Assembly: GCA_043798915.1 (NCBI GenBank)
Contig: JAZDOG010000102.1
Location: 1 to 64,000, forward strand
Reading direction: 5' to 3'
Source of the DNA: Pseudomonadota bacterium
Lineage (GTDB): Bacteria > UBA10199 > 2-02-FULL-44-16 > JAAZCA01
DNA length: 64,000 nt
The position numbers and the translations under genes are program-made. The notes below the pieces were generated by a model that did not search any database, was not told the origin of the DNA, and was given only the letters and a program-made list of their open reading frames with translations. Shown in pieces: positions 1-10,224 of the stretch (positions are counted from its first letter, which is position 1; each line of letters starts with the position of its first letter).

Positions 1-81
1 ATTGCGCTTCGTGAACTGCAAGGCGGGAATAAAATCTAGAAATTCAATCAAAACCCATCAAGAATATCCCTGAATCAAACC

Positions 82-143
82 CAAACCGGCTGGTACACCT
101 CAAACCGGCGATTCTGGCTGGTTTTCAAACCGGCGCGCCCACA
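82..143. mobile_element. Probable IS21-family-like element end (element extends left out of the window)
   Basis: Ends in ...CACA at 143 (TG.. on minus strand); CAAACCGGC repeated at 82, 101 and 126; boundary coincides with the point where the Fic reading frame loses similarity. No transposase in window. Confidence 0.5.
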
Positions 144-393
144 ATGTTGCCTGTGTTCCTTCTATGCGGCTGGACAACACCGCTTCGCGCCTTATAAATG
201 GCCGCATGAGAAGATGCGGATTGGTCAATTGTCGTCCTTCGCCCGCAAGCTTGCCAATGAGACGGTCTGCATCGGAAAGCGCTCTGGAAAGTTTGGTCGT
301 CCAATTTATTTCAGGAGGCAGTGGATTTGGTATAAAAGCCGCGTACCCCTCCGGACAACGTTTTCTTTGGCCAGAATTCCTTGTTTTGGGCAT
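144..393 (-). pseudogene. Fic-family protein, N-terminal fragment, interrupted
   Basis: AFIPNPLPP...ADRLIGKL...EAVLSSRIEGTQATL is the typical Fic N-terminal region; no HPFxDGNGR motif; frame runs into unrelated sequence and stops at 100. Confidence 0.8.
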
Positions 394-552
394 AAAACTC
401 CCTTTAAAGAGGCGCTAATAGCAATGCTTGCTATTAGCGATTTTATATCATAACGCTAATAACATGTCTATCTATTTTCATAGATGACCGGCGGCCTGCC
501 TTGGATGAGCCGACTTGCGCAATCTCAAAATAATTGTTAGCGAATAGATCAT

Positions 553-1953
553 ATGAAAAAACAGGGGCATTTTGTAAAAGGCCTGGGCCTTTTTGACACC
601 ACGAATCTGGTCATCGGCGTCATGATAGGTTCGGGCATCTTCATCGTCTCCGCCGATGCGGCGAGGCAGGTCGGCTCCCCCGCCCTGCTCCTCCTCGTCT
701 GGGCCGTCGTGGGGCTCATGACCATCGCCTCGTGCCTGATCTATGGCGAGCTGGCCTGCATGTATCCGCATGCGGGCGGCCAGTATATTTATCTCAAAGA
801 GGCGTTTCACCCGCTGATGGGCTTTTTGTACGGCTGGACGCTCTTCACGGTGATACAGACCGGGAGCGTTGCCGCCGTCGGCATTGCGTTCGCCAAATTC
901 AGCGGCATCATTTTCCCGTTCATTTCGCAGCAGAACATAATAGCCGACCTCGGGATAGTTAAGGTCTCCACCGAGCAGGCGACCGCCATCGTCGTGATAT
1001 TGTTTTTGACCTTCACCAATTGTCACAGCCTCAAAGTCGGAAAGCATATCCAGAACGTCTTCACGGTCATAAAGGTGTTCGCGCTCATCTCGATAATTTT
1101 CGTGGGCCTGCTGTTTGCGAAAAACCACGGGCTCGCAAACATCACATCGTGGTGGACGGCGCAAAATGGCGCCCCTTCCGGTTTCAGCATCTGGTGGCTG
1201 TTTGCGATAGCGCTGGTCGGACCGCTCTTCGCGGCGGACGCGTGGAACAACGTCACCTTCGCCGGCGACGAGGTAAAATCGGCCCACATAAACCTTCCCC
1301 GGGCGCTGGCCATCGGTTCCGCGGTGGTGATATTCCTGTATATCCTCGTCAACCTGGCCTATCTCAACGTGCTGCCGATGGATGGAATACAGCACGCCCC
1401 CGAGGACAGGGTCGCGACCGCCGCGATATCGGCGGTCCTGGGCACCCGCGGCGCGTGGGTCGTGGCGATCGCCATAATGATATCGACCTTCGGCTGCTTG
1501 AACGGCATGATACTTTCGGGCGCAAGGCTCTATTGGGCGATGGCTCAGGACAAACTTTTCTTCAAGGCTGCCGGCCAGCTCGGGGAAAAAAGCGGCGTGC
1601 CGCAGGCGGGGCTCATCCTCCAGGGAATATGGGCGGTCGCCCTGACGCTCAGCGGAACCTACGGCGACCTGCTCGATTACGTCATATTCGCCTCCGTTTT
1701 ATCTTATCTCCTGACAGTCGTGGGCGTCTTCATTCTGAGAAAGAAGGAGCCCGAAATCCCCAGGCCTTACAAGACTCCATGGTATCCCTATCTGCCGGCG
1801 CTGTACATTCTGGTGAGCGGAACTTTTCTTCTGGCGCTTCTGTGGAAAAAACCGATGTACACATGGCCGGGCCTCGGGATAGTCCTGAGCGGAGTGCCCG
1901 TCTATTATCTGTGGAGATGGATCACAAACAGTCGCCTTCAGGAGGCCGCCTGA
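553..1953 (+). CDS. APC-family amino acid permease
   Basis: MIGSGIF, YGELA, PHAGGQYIY and RPYKTP motifs; about 12 hydrophobic segments. Confidence 0.93.
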   Translation: MKKQGHFVKGLGLFDTTNLVIGVMIGSGIFIVSADAARQVGSPALLLLVWAVVGLMTIASCLIYGELACMYPHAGGQYIYLKEAFHPLMGFLYGWTLFTVIQTGSVAAVGIAFAKFSGIIFPFISQQNIIADLGIVKVSTEQATAIVVILFLTFTNCHSLKVGKHIQNVFTVIKVFALISIIFVGLLFAKNHGLANITSWWTAQNGAPSGFSIWWLFAIALVGPLFAADAWNNVTFAGDEVKSAHINLPRALAIGSAVVIFLYILVNLAYLNVLPMDGIQHAPEDRVATAAISAVLGTRGAWVVAIAIMISTFGCLNGMILSGARLYWAMAQDKLFFKAAGQLGEKSGVPQAGLILQGIWAVALTLSGTYGDLLDYVIFASVLSYLLTVVGVFILRKKEPEIPRPYKTPWYPYLPALYILVSGTFLLALLWKKPMYTWPGLGIVLSGVPVYYLWRWITNSRLQEAA

Positions 1954-2189
1954 AATTAATTAACTTGCTTATGGCGGACCGATGGCCTATAGGGGCCGCT
2001 CGTTAGGTGGTTTGGAACGGTTTGCGGAGTTTTTTAGTCGCTGCTCTTCTCCTGTTTTGAATCACACAAAAACCTGCCTGCTTTCAAGGGCGTCATATTG
2101 ACGCCCCCCTGCGGGTCCATTTGCGGCCAGCGTCTTGTCCGCGTGTCTTTACACGCCGACGTGCGTGCGGCCGAAGAAAAGGATGTACA

Positions 2190-3494
2190 ATGCAGAACCA
2201 GTCGTTCGATCAGCTGAACCTCATGCCGTCGCTGCTGCGCGCCGTGAAAACCGAGGGGTACGAGCGCCCGACGCCGATCCAGGCCGCGGCCATCCCGCAC
2301 CTCATCGCCGGCCGCGACCTCATCGGTTGCGCCAAGACGGGAACGGGCAAGACCGCAGCCTTCGCGCTTCCGATCCTCCAGATCCTCTCCGGGAATCGCA
2401 AGAAAGCTCCGCCCCGCGGAGCCCGCTCGCTCGTCCTCACGCCGACGCGCGAGCTCGCCGCACAGGTGGGCGAGAGCTTCAAGACCTACGGCAGGCATCT
2501 TGGCCTCACGCACGCGCTGGTCTTCGGCGGAGTAGGCCAGGGCCCTCAGGTGAAGGCCCTCTCGCGCGGCGTTGATATCCTCGTCGCCACGCCAGGCCGG
2601 CTGCTCGACCTCATAAACCAGAAACACATATCGCTCTCCAGCGTCGAGTTCTTCGTGCTGGATGAGGCCGACCGGATGCTCGACATGGGTTTCCTGCCCG
2701 ACATGAAGAGGGTGATCGCCATGCTCCCGAGGGAGAGGCAGACGCTGCTATTCTCGGCGACGCTGGCGCCTGAGATCCGCAATCTCGCCGTCGGCCTGCT
2801 CCGCGATCCGGTGAGCGTGGCTGTGTCGCCGCCGGACGCCACAGTCGACAAGATCGACGAGCGCGTCCTGTTCGTCGACGAGGGCGACAAGCGCGCGCTC
2901 CTCACCGACCTGCTCAAGGATCAGGATGTCGACCGCGCGCTGGTCTTCACGCGCACGAAGCACGGCGCAAACCGCCTCGTGAAGCAGCTGGGACAGGTCA
3001 GGGTCGAGGCCCGCGCGATCCACGGCAACAAGTCGCAGACCGCGCGCATCGCAGCGCTCGAGGACTTTCGCGCCGGGCGCTGCCGCGTTCTCGTAGCCAC
3101 CGACATCGCCGCCCGCGGCATCGACGTGGACGGTATCAGCCACGTGGTCAACTATGATCTCCCGAACGTGCCGGAGAGCTACATCCACCGCATCGGCCGC
3201 ACCGCGCGCGCCGGGGCGAGCGGCATCGCCATCTCCTTCTGCGCTGCGCCGGAGCGCGCGTATCTGCGCGACATCGAGCGGATGCTCAAGCGCCCGGTCC
3301 CCGTCATCAAGGACCATCCGTATCATTGCGCGAAGGCGGCCAACTCGACCGCCGCAGCGCCGGCCATTTCGCCGCGCAATCAGCACAACCCGAACCGAAA
3401 TGCCCGCATGGGCGGCGGCAAACCGGGCTACCGGCCGGGCAGGAAGCCGGACGACAGGCGCCAACAAAGCCATTGCGGAGCAAGGGGGAGATAG
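2190..3494 (+). CDS. rhlE: DEAD-box ATP-dependent RNA helicase (RhlE-like)
   Basis: Q motif, TGTGKT, PTRELA, DEAD, SAT, ARGID, HRIGRTAR; ATG at 2190 after AAGGA. Confidence 0.93.
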   Translation: MQNQSFDQLNLMPSLLRAVKTEGYERPTPIQAAAIPHLIAGRDLIGCAKTGTGKTAAFALPILQILSGNRKKAPPRGARSLVLTPTRELAAQVGESFKTYGRHLGLTHALVFGGVGQGPQVKALSRGVDILVATPGRLLDLINQKHISLSSVEFFVLDEADRMLDMGFLPDMKRVIAMLPRERQTLLFSATLAPEIRNLAVGLLRDPVSVAVSPPDATVDKIDERVLFVDEGDKRALLTDLLKDQDVDRALVFTRTKHGANRLVKQLGQVRVEARAIHGNKSQTARIAALEDFRAGRCRVLVATDIAARGIDVDGISHVVNYDLPNVPESYIHRIGRTARAGASGIAISFCAAPERAYLRDIERMLKRPVPVIKDHPYHCAKAANSTAAAPAISPRNQHNPNRNARMGGGKPGYRPGRKPDDRRQQSHCGARGR

Positions 3495-3525
3495 ATATAG
3501 GTAGCCAAATTTGGAGGGCTTCCCT

Positions 3526-4839
3526 ATGGCACACGCACAGTGCACGAATCCGGTCAAGGCGAACGCTTCAGGCAGCAGTTACGCATTTCCGCTCGTCGTG
3601 CTCACCTCCCTGTTTTTCATGTGGGGTTTTCTGACCTGCTTGAACGACATCCTGATCCCGCATCTGAAGGCCCTCTTTTCGCTGAACTACACAGAGGTCA
3701 TGCTGATTCAGTTCTGCTTCTTCACGGCCTATTTCCTGGTCTCAATTCCTGCCGGCGCCCTGGTAGAGAAGATCGGCTATAAAAAAGGAGTAGTGGTCGG
3801 GCTCTCCACCGCAGGCTTGGGCTGCCTGCTGTTCTATCCCGCTGCCGGCACACACTCGTACCCGATCTTCCTCGTGGCGCTTTTCATCCTGGCGTCGGGG
3901 ATAACGCTCCTGCAGGTGGCGGCAAATCCCTACGTGGCCATCCTCGGAAAATCAGAGACGTCGTCGAGCCGCCTCACGCTGACTCAGGCATTCAACTCGC
4001 TCGGCACGACCGTGGCGCCTTATTTTGGCTCCCTCCTGATTCTCTATGAAGGGCTCAAGACCGCCGAGGCCTCGGCATCCGCCGTGCAAAGGCCTTATCT
4101 TGGTCTCGCCGTGGCGCTCTTCGTCATGGCCGCAATCTTTGCCCTCATAAAGCTCCCTGAAATTGAAGCCCCCAGCACTAAGGAAAATGAAGACGATTCT
4201 CATCCGGGCGAGGCAAAGAGCGCCTGGGCCTATCCCCATCTCGTGCTGGGGGCCATCGCCATCTTCGTCTACGTCGGCGCCGAGGTTTCAATCGGCAGCT
4301 TTCTGGTGAATTTCATCCATGAACCGCGCATCGGCAATTTGAGCGTGGCGGAGGCCGGTAAATTCATATCGTTCTATTGGGGAGGGGCGATGGTCGGCCG
4401 TTTCATCGGATCGGCCGTCATGAGAAAGATCAACCCCGGCAAGCTCCTCGCCTTCAACGCCTGCATGGCTTCGCTTCTGGCCATAGTCACGATGTCGATC
4501 TCCGGCCATGCGGCCATGTGGACGATACTCGCGGTGGGGCTCTTCAATTCGATCATGTTCCCGACGATCTTCGCGCTCGCTGTCGCGAAGCTCGGCAAAC
4601 ACACGGGCCAGGGATCGGGCATCCTCTGCATGGCCATCGTCGGCGGCGCAATCCTTCCGGTAATCTCGGGTTTCATTGCGGACAGTTGGGGCATCCAACA
4701 TGCCTTCGTCCTTCCGGCCATCTGTTATCTATACATCGCCTATTACGGTCTCAAAGGTCACATGAAGAGAAAATTGCACGGCGTATCGAGCCCTGTCGTC
4801 AATCTCAACAAGACAGAAGAAGCCGGGGCCGTTTCATAG
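3526..4839 (+). CDS. MFS fucose/glucose/galactose:H+ symporter (FucP/GluP family)
   Basis: [44 protein letters not shown]. Confidence 0.92.
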   Translation: MAHAQCTNPVKANASGSSYAFPLVVLTSLFFMWGFLTCLNDILIPHLKALFSLNYTEVMLIQFCFFTAYFLVSIPAGALVEKIGYKKGVVVGLSTAGLGCLLFYPAAGTHSYPIFLVALFILASGITLLQVAANPYVAILGKSETSSSRLTLTQAFNSLGTTVAPYFGSLLILYEGLKTAEASASAVQRPYLGLAVALFVMAAIFALIKLPEIEAPSTKENEDDSHPGEAKSAWAYPHLVLGAIAIFVYVGAEVSIGSFLVNFIHEPRIGNLSVAEAGKFISFYWGGAMVGRFIGSAVMRKINPGKLLAFNACMASLLAIVTMSISGHAAMWTILAVGLFNSIMFPTIFALAVAKLGKHTGQGSGILCMAIVGGAILPVISGFIADSWGIQHAFVLPAICYLYIAYYGLKGHMKRKLHGVSSPVVNLNKTEEAGAVS

Positions 4840-4903
4840 CTCTGCCTCCGCCAACACCTTGATATTATTGAATAAAATTAATACGAAAAAACTTCTAATT
4901 TTC

Positions 4904-4933
4904 ACGCAACTTTTGGGCACATCCTGCCGATAA
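4904..4933 (+). promoter_or_regulatory. Sigma28-like promoter motif (ACGCAAC-N15-GCCGATAA)
   Basis: Exact FliA -10 box GCCGATAA at 4926-4933; near-identical arrangement at 16811-16839. Confidence 0.5.
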
Positions 4934-4938
4934 CTATA

Positions 4939-5187
4939 ATGGAAGCACTGTTTCCAGGTGCGCCAATTACTATGGCAGATATCCGCGTAAAACCTTATGA
5001 GTCGCTGATAGATGGTTCAGCGGGATACGTCTACGGCTTCGCGCCTGAAAACGCCAGCGCCGCAGCTATCGATCAGTTCGTTCGCGGACCCTCTGAGGAC
5101 GCCGGACTGAAGGCCGTCGAAAAGACAGCCCCGTTCGCCGACAACGCTCCACCGCCGAAAAAGGGGATGACCCGCTTCTTCGGCTAA
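4939..5187 (+). CDS. Small hypothetical protein (start may be 4972)
   Basis: ORF fills the gap between convergent genes, directly after the promoter motif. Confidence 0.5.
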   Translation: MEALFPGAPITMADIRVKPYESLIDGSAGYVYGFAPENASAAAIDQFVRGPSEDAGLKAVEKTAPFADNAPPPKKGMTRFFG

Positions 5188-5188
5188 A

Positions 5189-6763
5189 TCAATCCGGCAC
5201 GCTCTTCTTGAAACTTCCCACGAATGCCACAAGCGTGCGCACCATCGCGCCCGTGCCGCCCCTCGGGCTCAACGGGATATCCTCGTCCGTCCACGATGAC
5301 GCGGCGATGTCCATGTGGACCCAGGGAACGCCGTTCACAAACTCCCTCAAAAAGATCGCCCCGAGGATCGTTTGCGCCTTGCCCTTGCCCACGTTGTTCA
5401 GATCCGCGATGCCGGATGTATAGCCCTTTTTGTAGGCCTCCACGATGGGCAGCTGCCATACCGGCTCGCCTGTCGTCTCCGCCGCGCGCCGGATGCGGTC
5501 TATGAGCTTCTGGTCGTTGCCCATCACCGGAGTATAGAGCTCGCCCAGGGCATAAAGGGCGCCGCCGGTGAGAGTGGCGAGATCGATGATGGCATCGGGC
5601 TTCGAGTCGGCGGCGTAGGAGAGGGCGTCCGCGAGGAGGAGCCGGCCCTCCGCGTCGGTGGAGATTATCTCGATCGTCTTTCCGTTTCTCGCGGCGTAGA
5701 TGTCGCCGGGTTTGATCGCCTTCCCGTCCGGGAGATTTTCTGCGGCAGGTATATATGCCGTCACCTCGACCGGAGGCGCAAACTTTGCGATGACATCCAT
5801 CGCGGAAAGGACCGCCGCGGCCCCCGCCATATCCGATTTCATGACCTCCATGCTGCGCGGGGGTTTGAGAGATATTCCACCCGAGTCGAACGTGATGCCC
5901 TTGCCCACGAGCGCAATGTGAGCCCTCGGCTTCTCCTTCGGGCGATAGTTGAGGACGATGAAGGCGGGCGGTTCTGCGGATCCCCTCGCGATAAGGAGGA
6001 GCCCGTTCATCCGTTCCTTGCGCATGGCCTCCAACCCAAACACCGTACATCGCATCCCGCTGGAAGCGGCCAGTTCCTTCGCCCGCTTTGCAAGGTCGGA
6101 GGGCGTCGCGTCCAGGGCCGGCGTGTTGACGAGGTCGCGGCAGTCGCACTGCGCCTCGGCTGCTATCCGGCCCATCTCGACGGCAGCCCTCACGGGCACG
6201 GCGTCGCCCTGATAGAGGAACGTCGTGAGCGTGTGCAGGGGCGGCTCTTTTTTGCCGTTAGTCTTGTAGCGGTCGAAGCGATACGAACCCAGTATCGTCC
6301 CCACCGCTATCGCCTGCGCGCGCGACGGGGCCGAATCATCACAGCCTGCCGCGGCGTCGCCGGCAGGGCCGACGGGGCCGCGCTCGAGAACCAGGGCGAC
6401 GGAGGAGGCGCGCACCTTTCGCGCGGCCTTCGCCATCTCAGAGCCCGCCTCGCGCAGGACCTCGAGGTCGAATTTTTCGCGCGGGCCCATTCCGATGAGC
6501 AGCACGAACCGCGCCGGAATCCTGCCGGCCGTGAAGAGCATCCGGGAACTCCCGCGCTCGCCGGTGAACTTCTCCGCCGCTATCTGCCTGGCGAGAGCCC
6601 CGCCCATCGCCCGGTCCAGAGCTATCCCGCCATCGGCGTGCTTGATGAGCGCTGGAAGAGGAGGCCCATCATCCCCATCATCCCTTGGCCTCTCGTAGCA
6701 TCCGATCGCGATGATCTCGGCCTTGGACTTCTCGGGGGCCGACTTCGACACGACAAATTTCAT
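5189..6763 (-). CDS. pepA: Leucyl aminopeptidase (M17)
   Basis: VGKGITFDSGG, MKSDMAGAA, STDAEGRL, DLATLTG, HMDIAA. Confidence 0.96.
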   Translation of the reverse strand: MKFVVSKSAPEKSKAEIIAIGCYERPRDDGDDGPPLPALIKHADGGIALDRAMGGALARQIAAEKFTGERGSSRMLFTAGRIPARFVLLIGMGPREKFDLEVLREAGSEMAKAARKVRASSVALVLERGPVGPAGDAAAGCDDSAPSRAQAIAVGTILGSYRFDRYKTNGKKEPPLHTLTTFLYQGDAVPVRAAVEMGRIAAEAQCDCRDLVNTPALDATPSDLAKRAKELAASSGMRCTVFGLEAMRKERMNGLLLIARGSAEPPAFIVLNYRPKEKPRAHIALVGKGITFDSGGISLKPPRSMEVMKSDMAGAAAVLSAMDVIAKFAPPVEVTAYIPAAENLPDGKAIKPGDIYAARNGKTIEIISTDAEGRLLLADALSYAADSKPDAIIDLATLTGGALYALGELYTPVMGNDQKLIDRIRRAAETTGEPVWQLPIVEAYKKGYTSGIADLNNVGKGKAQTILGAIFLREFVNGVPWVHMDIAASSWTDEDIPLSPRGGTGAMVRTLVAFVGSFKKSVPD

Positions 6764-6879
6764 AGGATCTCCTTGTGCTTCTGATAGCCACCCTTTTGTG
6801 ACGGAATTAAATATAACGATATTTCGCCCTGGTCAATCGCCTCTTGTCCCATGCCATTATTTCCGTTACATTCCCGGCA

Positions 6880-7653
6880 ATGGCTGAATCATTCGAAAAG
6901 AGCCTCAGGCACGGCATGGAGGCGCTTGGCCGGGTCGTGGAATCGCTGATCGGAAAGGCCAAACAGGCAAGGGTGCAGGTGAGCACGCGCGGGGGAGTTC
7001 AGCCGATCCTCTCGCTCGAGAGCCAGCTGGAACCGCTGCGCATCCGCGAGGTCATCGAGGCATCGGCGCAGAAGGTGCTCTCAGGCGCCATACCCGACCT
7101 TAACGGCGGCGAAGCGCTGGAGGTCGGCGAAGGCCCGGCGGCATTTGGCAGCCGGATGCTCGCCTGCCATGCCAAGGCAGCGCTGGGCGTCGAGATAGGC
7201 GGAGGCTCGGTCGCAAGGCAGGGCGACATATCCCGCGGGTTCACGATCCGCGCCCAGCTCATGAGGCTCCCCTTCGCGGACAACCGGTTTTCCTATTTTC
7301 TCGCGCGCCTGGCCACACAGTTTGCGGGCGATATGGTGCGAAACGCGAGGGAGCTCTCGCGCGTGCTGACTCCCGGCGGCCAGGGGATGATAGTCGACTA
7401 TCATCCCTTCGGCCTCTATGCGAAGCATGGCGCAGGGCGCGTGCGCTCGGCGGACTCCGGCGTCCACAGGATCGAGGATTATTACAGGCTCTGCCGGCAG
7501 GCGGGCCTGCGCATAGTCGACGTGCGGGAGGTCTTCATCGACGAGGGCATGAGGCAGCTCTTCGGAGAACAGGAGATAGGCGCATATCGGAATCTGAAAG
7601 GCACGCCGCTTTTGATTTTCATCTTCGTTTACAAACCGAAAGGGAAATCCTGA
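6880..7653 (+). CDS. Class I SAM-dependent methyltransferase-like protein
   Basis: ALEVGEG (degenerate motif I), LPFADNRF, ELSRVLTPGG, DYHP. Confidence 0.65.
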   Translation: MAESFEKSLRHGMEALGRVVESLIGKAKQARVQVSTRGGVQPILSLESQLEPLRIREVIEASAQKVLSGAIPDLNGGEALEVGEGPAAFGSRMLACHAKAALGVEIGGGSVARQGDISRGFTIRAQLMRLPFADNRFSYFLARLATQFAGDMVRNARELSRVLTPGGQGMIVDYHPFGLYAKHGAGRVRSADSGVHRIEDYYRLCRQAGLRIVDVREVFIDEGMRQLFGEQEIGAYRNLKGTPLLIFIFVYKPKGKS

Positions 7654-7665
7654 TTCGGAGAAATT

Positions 7666-8127
7666 ATGACTTTTGACAAAAAACTCGAAGAGCTCTTCAT
7701 CGACCTGCCCGAACCGCCGCCGGACATGGGCAATTCCATCGGCGCCCTGCAAACAGGCAAGCTCCTCTATATCAGCGGGGCGCTCCCCTGGTCTGAGGGC
7801 CGGCTGCAGCACCAGGGCAGAGTCGGCGTCGAGGTGAGGCCGGACAACGCGAAGCTCGCCGCGCGACTCGCGGCCGTCTTTGTGCTGGCGCTGGCCCGTC
7901 GAGAGCTGGGAGGTTCGCTCGCGCGCATACGCCGCGTGATCGGACTTACGGGATTCGTCGCCTGCGGCGTCGATTTCCGCGACCACGCAAAGATCATCGA
8001 CGGCGCCGGAGAACTCTTCACGCAGATATTCGGCTCGAACGGAAAACACGTCCGCACCGTGGCCGGCGCCACGAGCCTGCCGCAGAACGCATGTGTGGAA
8101 ATTTCGGTGGTGTTCGAATTGAAGTGA
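7666..8127 (+). CDS. RidA/YjgF-family protein
   Basis: LLYISGALP, G..GKHVRTVAG..SLP.NACVEI. Confidence 0.88.
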   Translation: MTFDKKLEELFIDLPEPPPDMGNSIGALQTGKLLYISGALPWSEGRLQHQGRVGVEVRPDNAKLAARLAAVFVLALARRELGGSLARIRRVIGLTGFVACGVDFRDHAKIIDGAGELFTQIFGSNGKHVRTVAGATSLPQNACVEISVVFELK

Positions 8128-8135
8128 AGTAGCCG

Positions 8136-8555
8136 CTAGGTATGTACCTGCGCTTCGAAATCAGAGCCGCGCTTCTTCGCCAGCATGTGCTCTATCTTGC
8201 GGACCAGCGACCTCAGATGAAAGGGCTTCGAGACGTAGTCATCCGCGCCGTGGGTCAAGCCCTCGATCCTGTCGGCCTGGTCGTCGCGTGCGGAGACGAT
8301 GAGGACCAGGATATCCCGAGTGGCAGGGTCAGATTTGAGGCGGTTGCAGACTTCAATGCCAGAGACCCTCGGCATCATTATATCCAGGATGATGATATCC
8401 GGCTTCTCCTCGGCAATCTGGCGATAGGCGTCCTCGGCGCTGTAGGCGCTGTCAACTGTAAAGCCCTCTTTTGAAAGGAGTTTTCCCAGAACCGTATGTA
8501 TCTCAGGCTCGTCATCCACAACCAGTATCCTGGTAGAATTGTTATTAAGCCCCAT
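8136..8555 (-). CDS. Single-domain response regulator
   Basis: ILVVDDE, DIIILDIMMP, SA, GADDYVSKPF. Confidence 0.93.
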   Translation of the reverse strand: MGLNNNSTRILVVDDEPEIHTVLGKLLSKEGFTVDSAYSAEDAYRQIAEEKPDIIILDIMMPRVSGIEVCNRLKSDPATRDILVLIVSARDDQADRIEGLTHGADDYVSKPFHLRSLVRKIEHMLAKKRGSDFEAQVHT

Positions 8556-8959
8556 AATTTCAAATACTTAGTAGACATACGGAGGGTCGGTCAAGAGAAA
8601 AATGAGTTTTTCATATCTTTTTTTGCACCTGAGGTGCCTACAACAAGAAACCGCTTGTCATACGCCAATTTCCCTTGAAACACTTAAAAGACTCCTTTAC
8701 ACTCTGACTCAGCAGCTTGAAAAGTCGGGGGCTCCACTCGCTTGACAGGGGGACGTTCACCAGTTAGAAACTCCTCCTCTGATTCTTTGAAACCCATGCG
8801 GAAATCCGGCCGGGAAAGGGGGTGCACTCTCCAAATGGCCAATCCGCGGGAAACATTGACATCTTTGTCCGGCATCTTGAGAAAACTTGAAGTGCCCTGG
8901 CAGGCGGGAATGATCCCGCTCAAAGCGGGGCAAGGAAAAGTAAAAAGGAGAGTTACAAC

Positions 8960-10153
8960 ATGAAGAAAATTCTAATATCATTGTTTATCGTCCTGGGCCT
9001 CTTCGCGTTCATCGCGACGGGCGCCGAGGCGAAGGCAGCATCGACGGGCGCCGAGAAGTATGTGGCCGGCGGTTTTGAGATGTCAGGCCACCTGATGACA
9101 GGTACCCAGTTCACTAAGTTCAGCAAGAGGGCATCGGCATACGGGACGTTCGACGGCGATAACGTTTATTTCGCGGGCGCCGGCGGCAAGTACATCGGCA
9201 AGCTCCCCTACTCAGGCGCGAAGAGCTTCAATTTCTTCGTGGACGATGTTGAGCTCGATATCATGAAGTCGTTCGGTGAGAACATCCGGCTGCGCGCTGA
9301 CCTGAATTTCGGCCGCGCGTTGTCAAGCGGCATCTTTTCGCCGGGATTCTTCCTCGAACAGGCCTATGCGACAGCCAACATCCCGCTGGGCAATGGCGTC
9401 GAGATCCTCTTCGGCCGTTTCAACACGCCGATCGGCTTCGAGGCAGCAGACGCGACCGACAACGATACGATTTCCAAGTCGGTCCTCGGCACGGCTCTTC
9501 GCCCCACGAACACGACGGGCGTGAAGATCTATTATGCATTCTCCGACCTCGTGGACCTGCACTTCTACGTAGTCAACACACTCACGCAGGACAGCACGCT
9601 GAAGGTCAACAACGTTCCGAGCCTGGGAATGCGCTTAGGGTTCAACTGGGGCCAGGAAGGCTCAGAGAGCACGTTCGGGATCTCCCCGTTCTTCGGGCCC
9701 GAAACCCGCGCATCGAACAGGCACTTCACGTACGGCGCTGACATGGATCTCAACTGGTGGATCACAGAAGCTTTCGCGCTCGGCGCTGAAGGCCTCTATC
9801 GTCGCGACAATTCGATCTCCGGTTCGCCGTATGACAACGTGAACTACATGTCCGGATTGCTGAACCTTCACTACGTATTCAGCGATGTGTGGGATGGAAC
9901 GCTCAAGTACGTGTTCGCCAAGCAGTTCAAGACGAGCAACAACGGTCTGGCAGCTGCAGCCACGATCTTCACCCCGGCCAACTTGACGGGCGAACACCAG
10001 TCGATCCAGCAGATCGCACTGGCAGGCGGTTACTCGATAGCGGACGGCGCGAAGCTGAAGCTCGAAGGCCGTTTCGACATCGTGAAGCCGGTCGGCAAGA
10101 GCACCACGCAGTATGTGTACGGTGCAGCCATGGCCTTCGCGTATAACTTCTAA
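8960..10153 (+). CDS. Outer-membrane beta-barrel porin-like protein
   Basis: Signal peptide ending AEA, LEQAY, GRFNTPIGFE, amphipathic strands, C-terminal YNF; AAGGAG RBS. Confidence 0.8.
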   Translation: MKKILISLFIVLGLFAFIATGAEAKAASTGAEKYVAGGFEMSGHLMTGTQFTKFSKRASAYGTFDGDNVYFAGAGGKYIGKLPYSGAKSFNFFVDDVELDIMKSFGENIRLRADLNFGRALSSGIFSPGFFLEQAYATANIPLGNGVEILFGRFNTPIGFEAADATDNDTISKSVLGTALRPTNTTGVKIYYAFSDLVDLHFYVVNTLTQDSTLKVNNVPSLGMRLGFNWGQEGSESTFGISPFFGPETRASNRHFTYGADMDLNWWITEAFALGAEGLYRRDNSISGSPYDNVNYMSGLLNLHYVFSDVWDGTLKYVFAKQFKTSNNGLAAAATIFTPANLTGEHQSIQQIALAGGYSIADGAKLKLEGRFDIVKPVGKSTTQYVYGAAMAFAYNF

Positions 10154-10193
10154 TCACGGAGTTATAAGCTTGGGTTGCTTCAAGAAAAAGAGA

Positions 10194-10224
10194 GGCCCCG
10201 GGAGAAATCCCGGGGCTTTTTTTT
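10194..10224. terminator. Intrinsic terminator between convergent genes
   Basis: GCCCCGGGA-GAAA-TCCCGGGGC followed by T8, A-rich on the other side. Confidence 0.85.

Noticed and set aside
1..39. 3' end of a possible + strand gene (IALRELQGGNKI*)
   Set aside because: Too short to assign; cannot confirm it is istB
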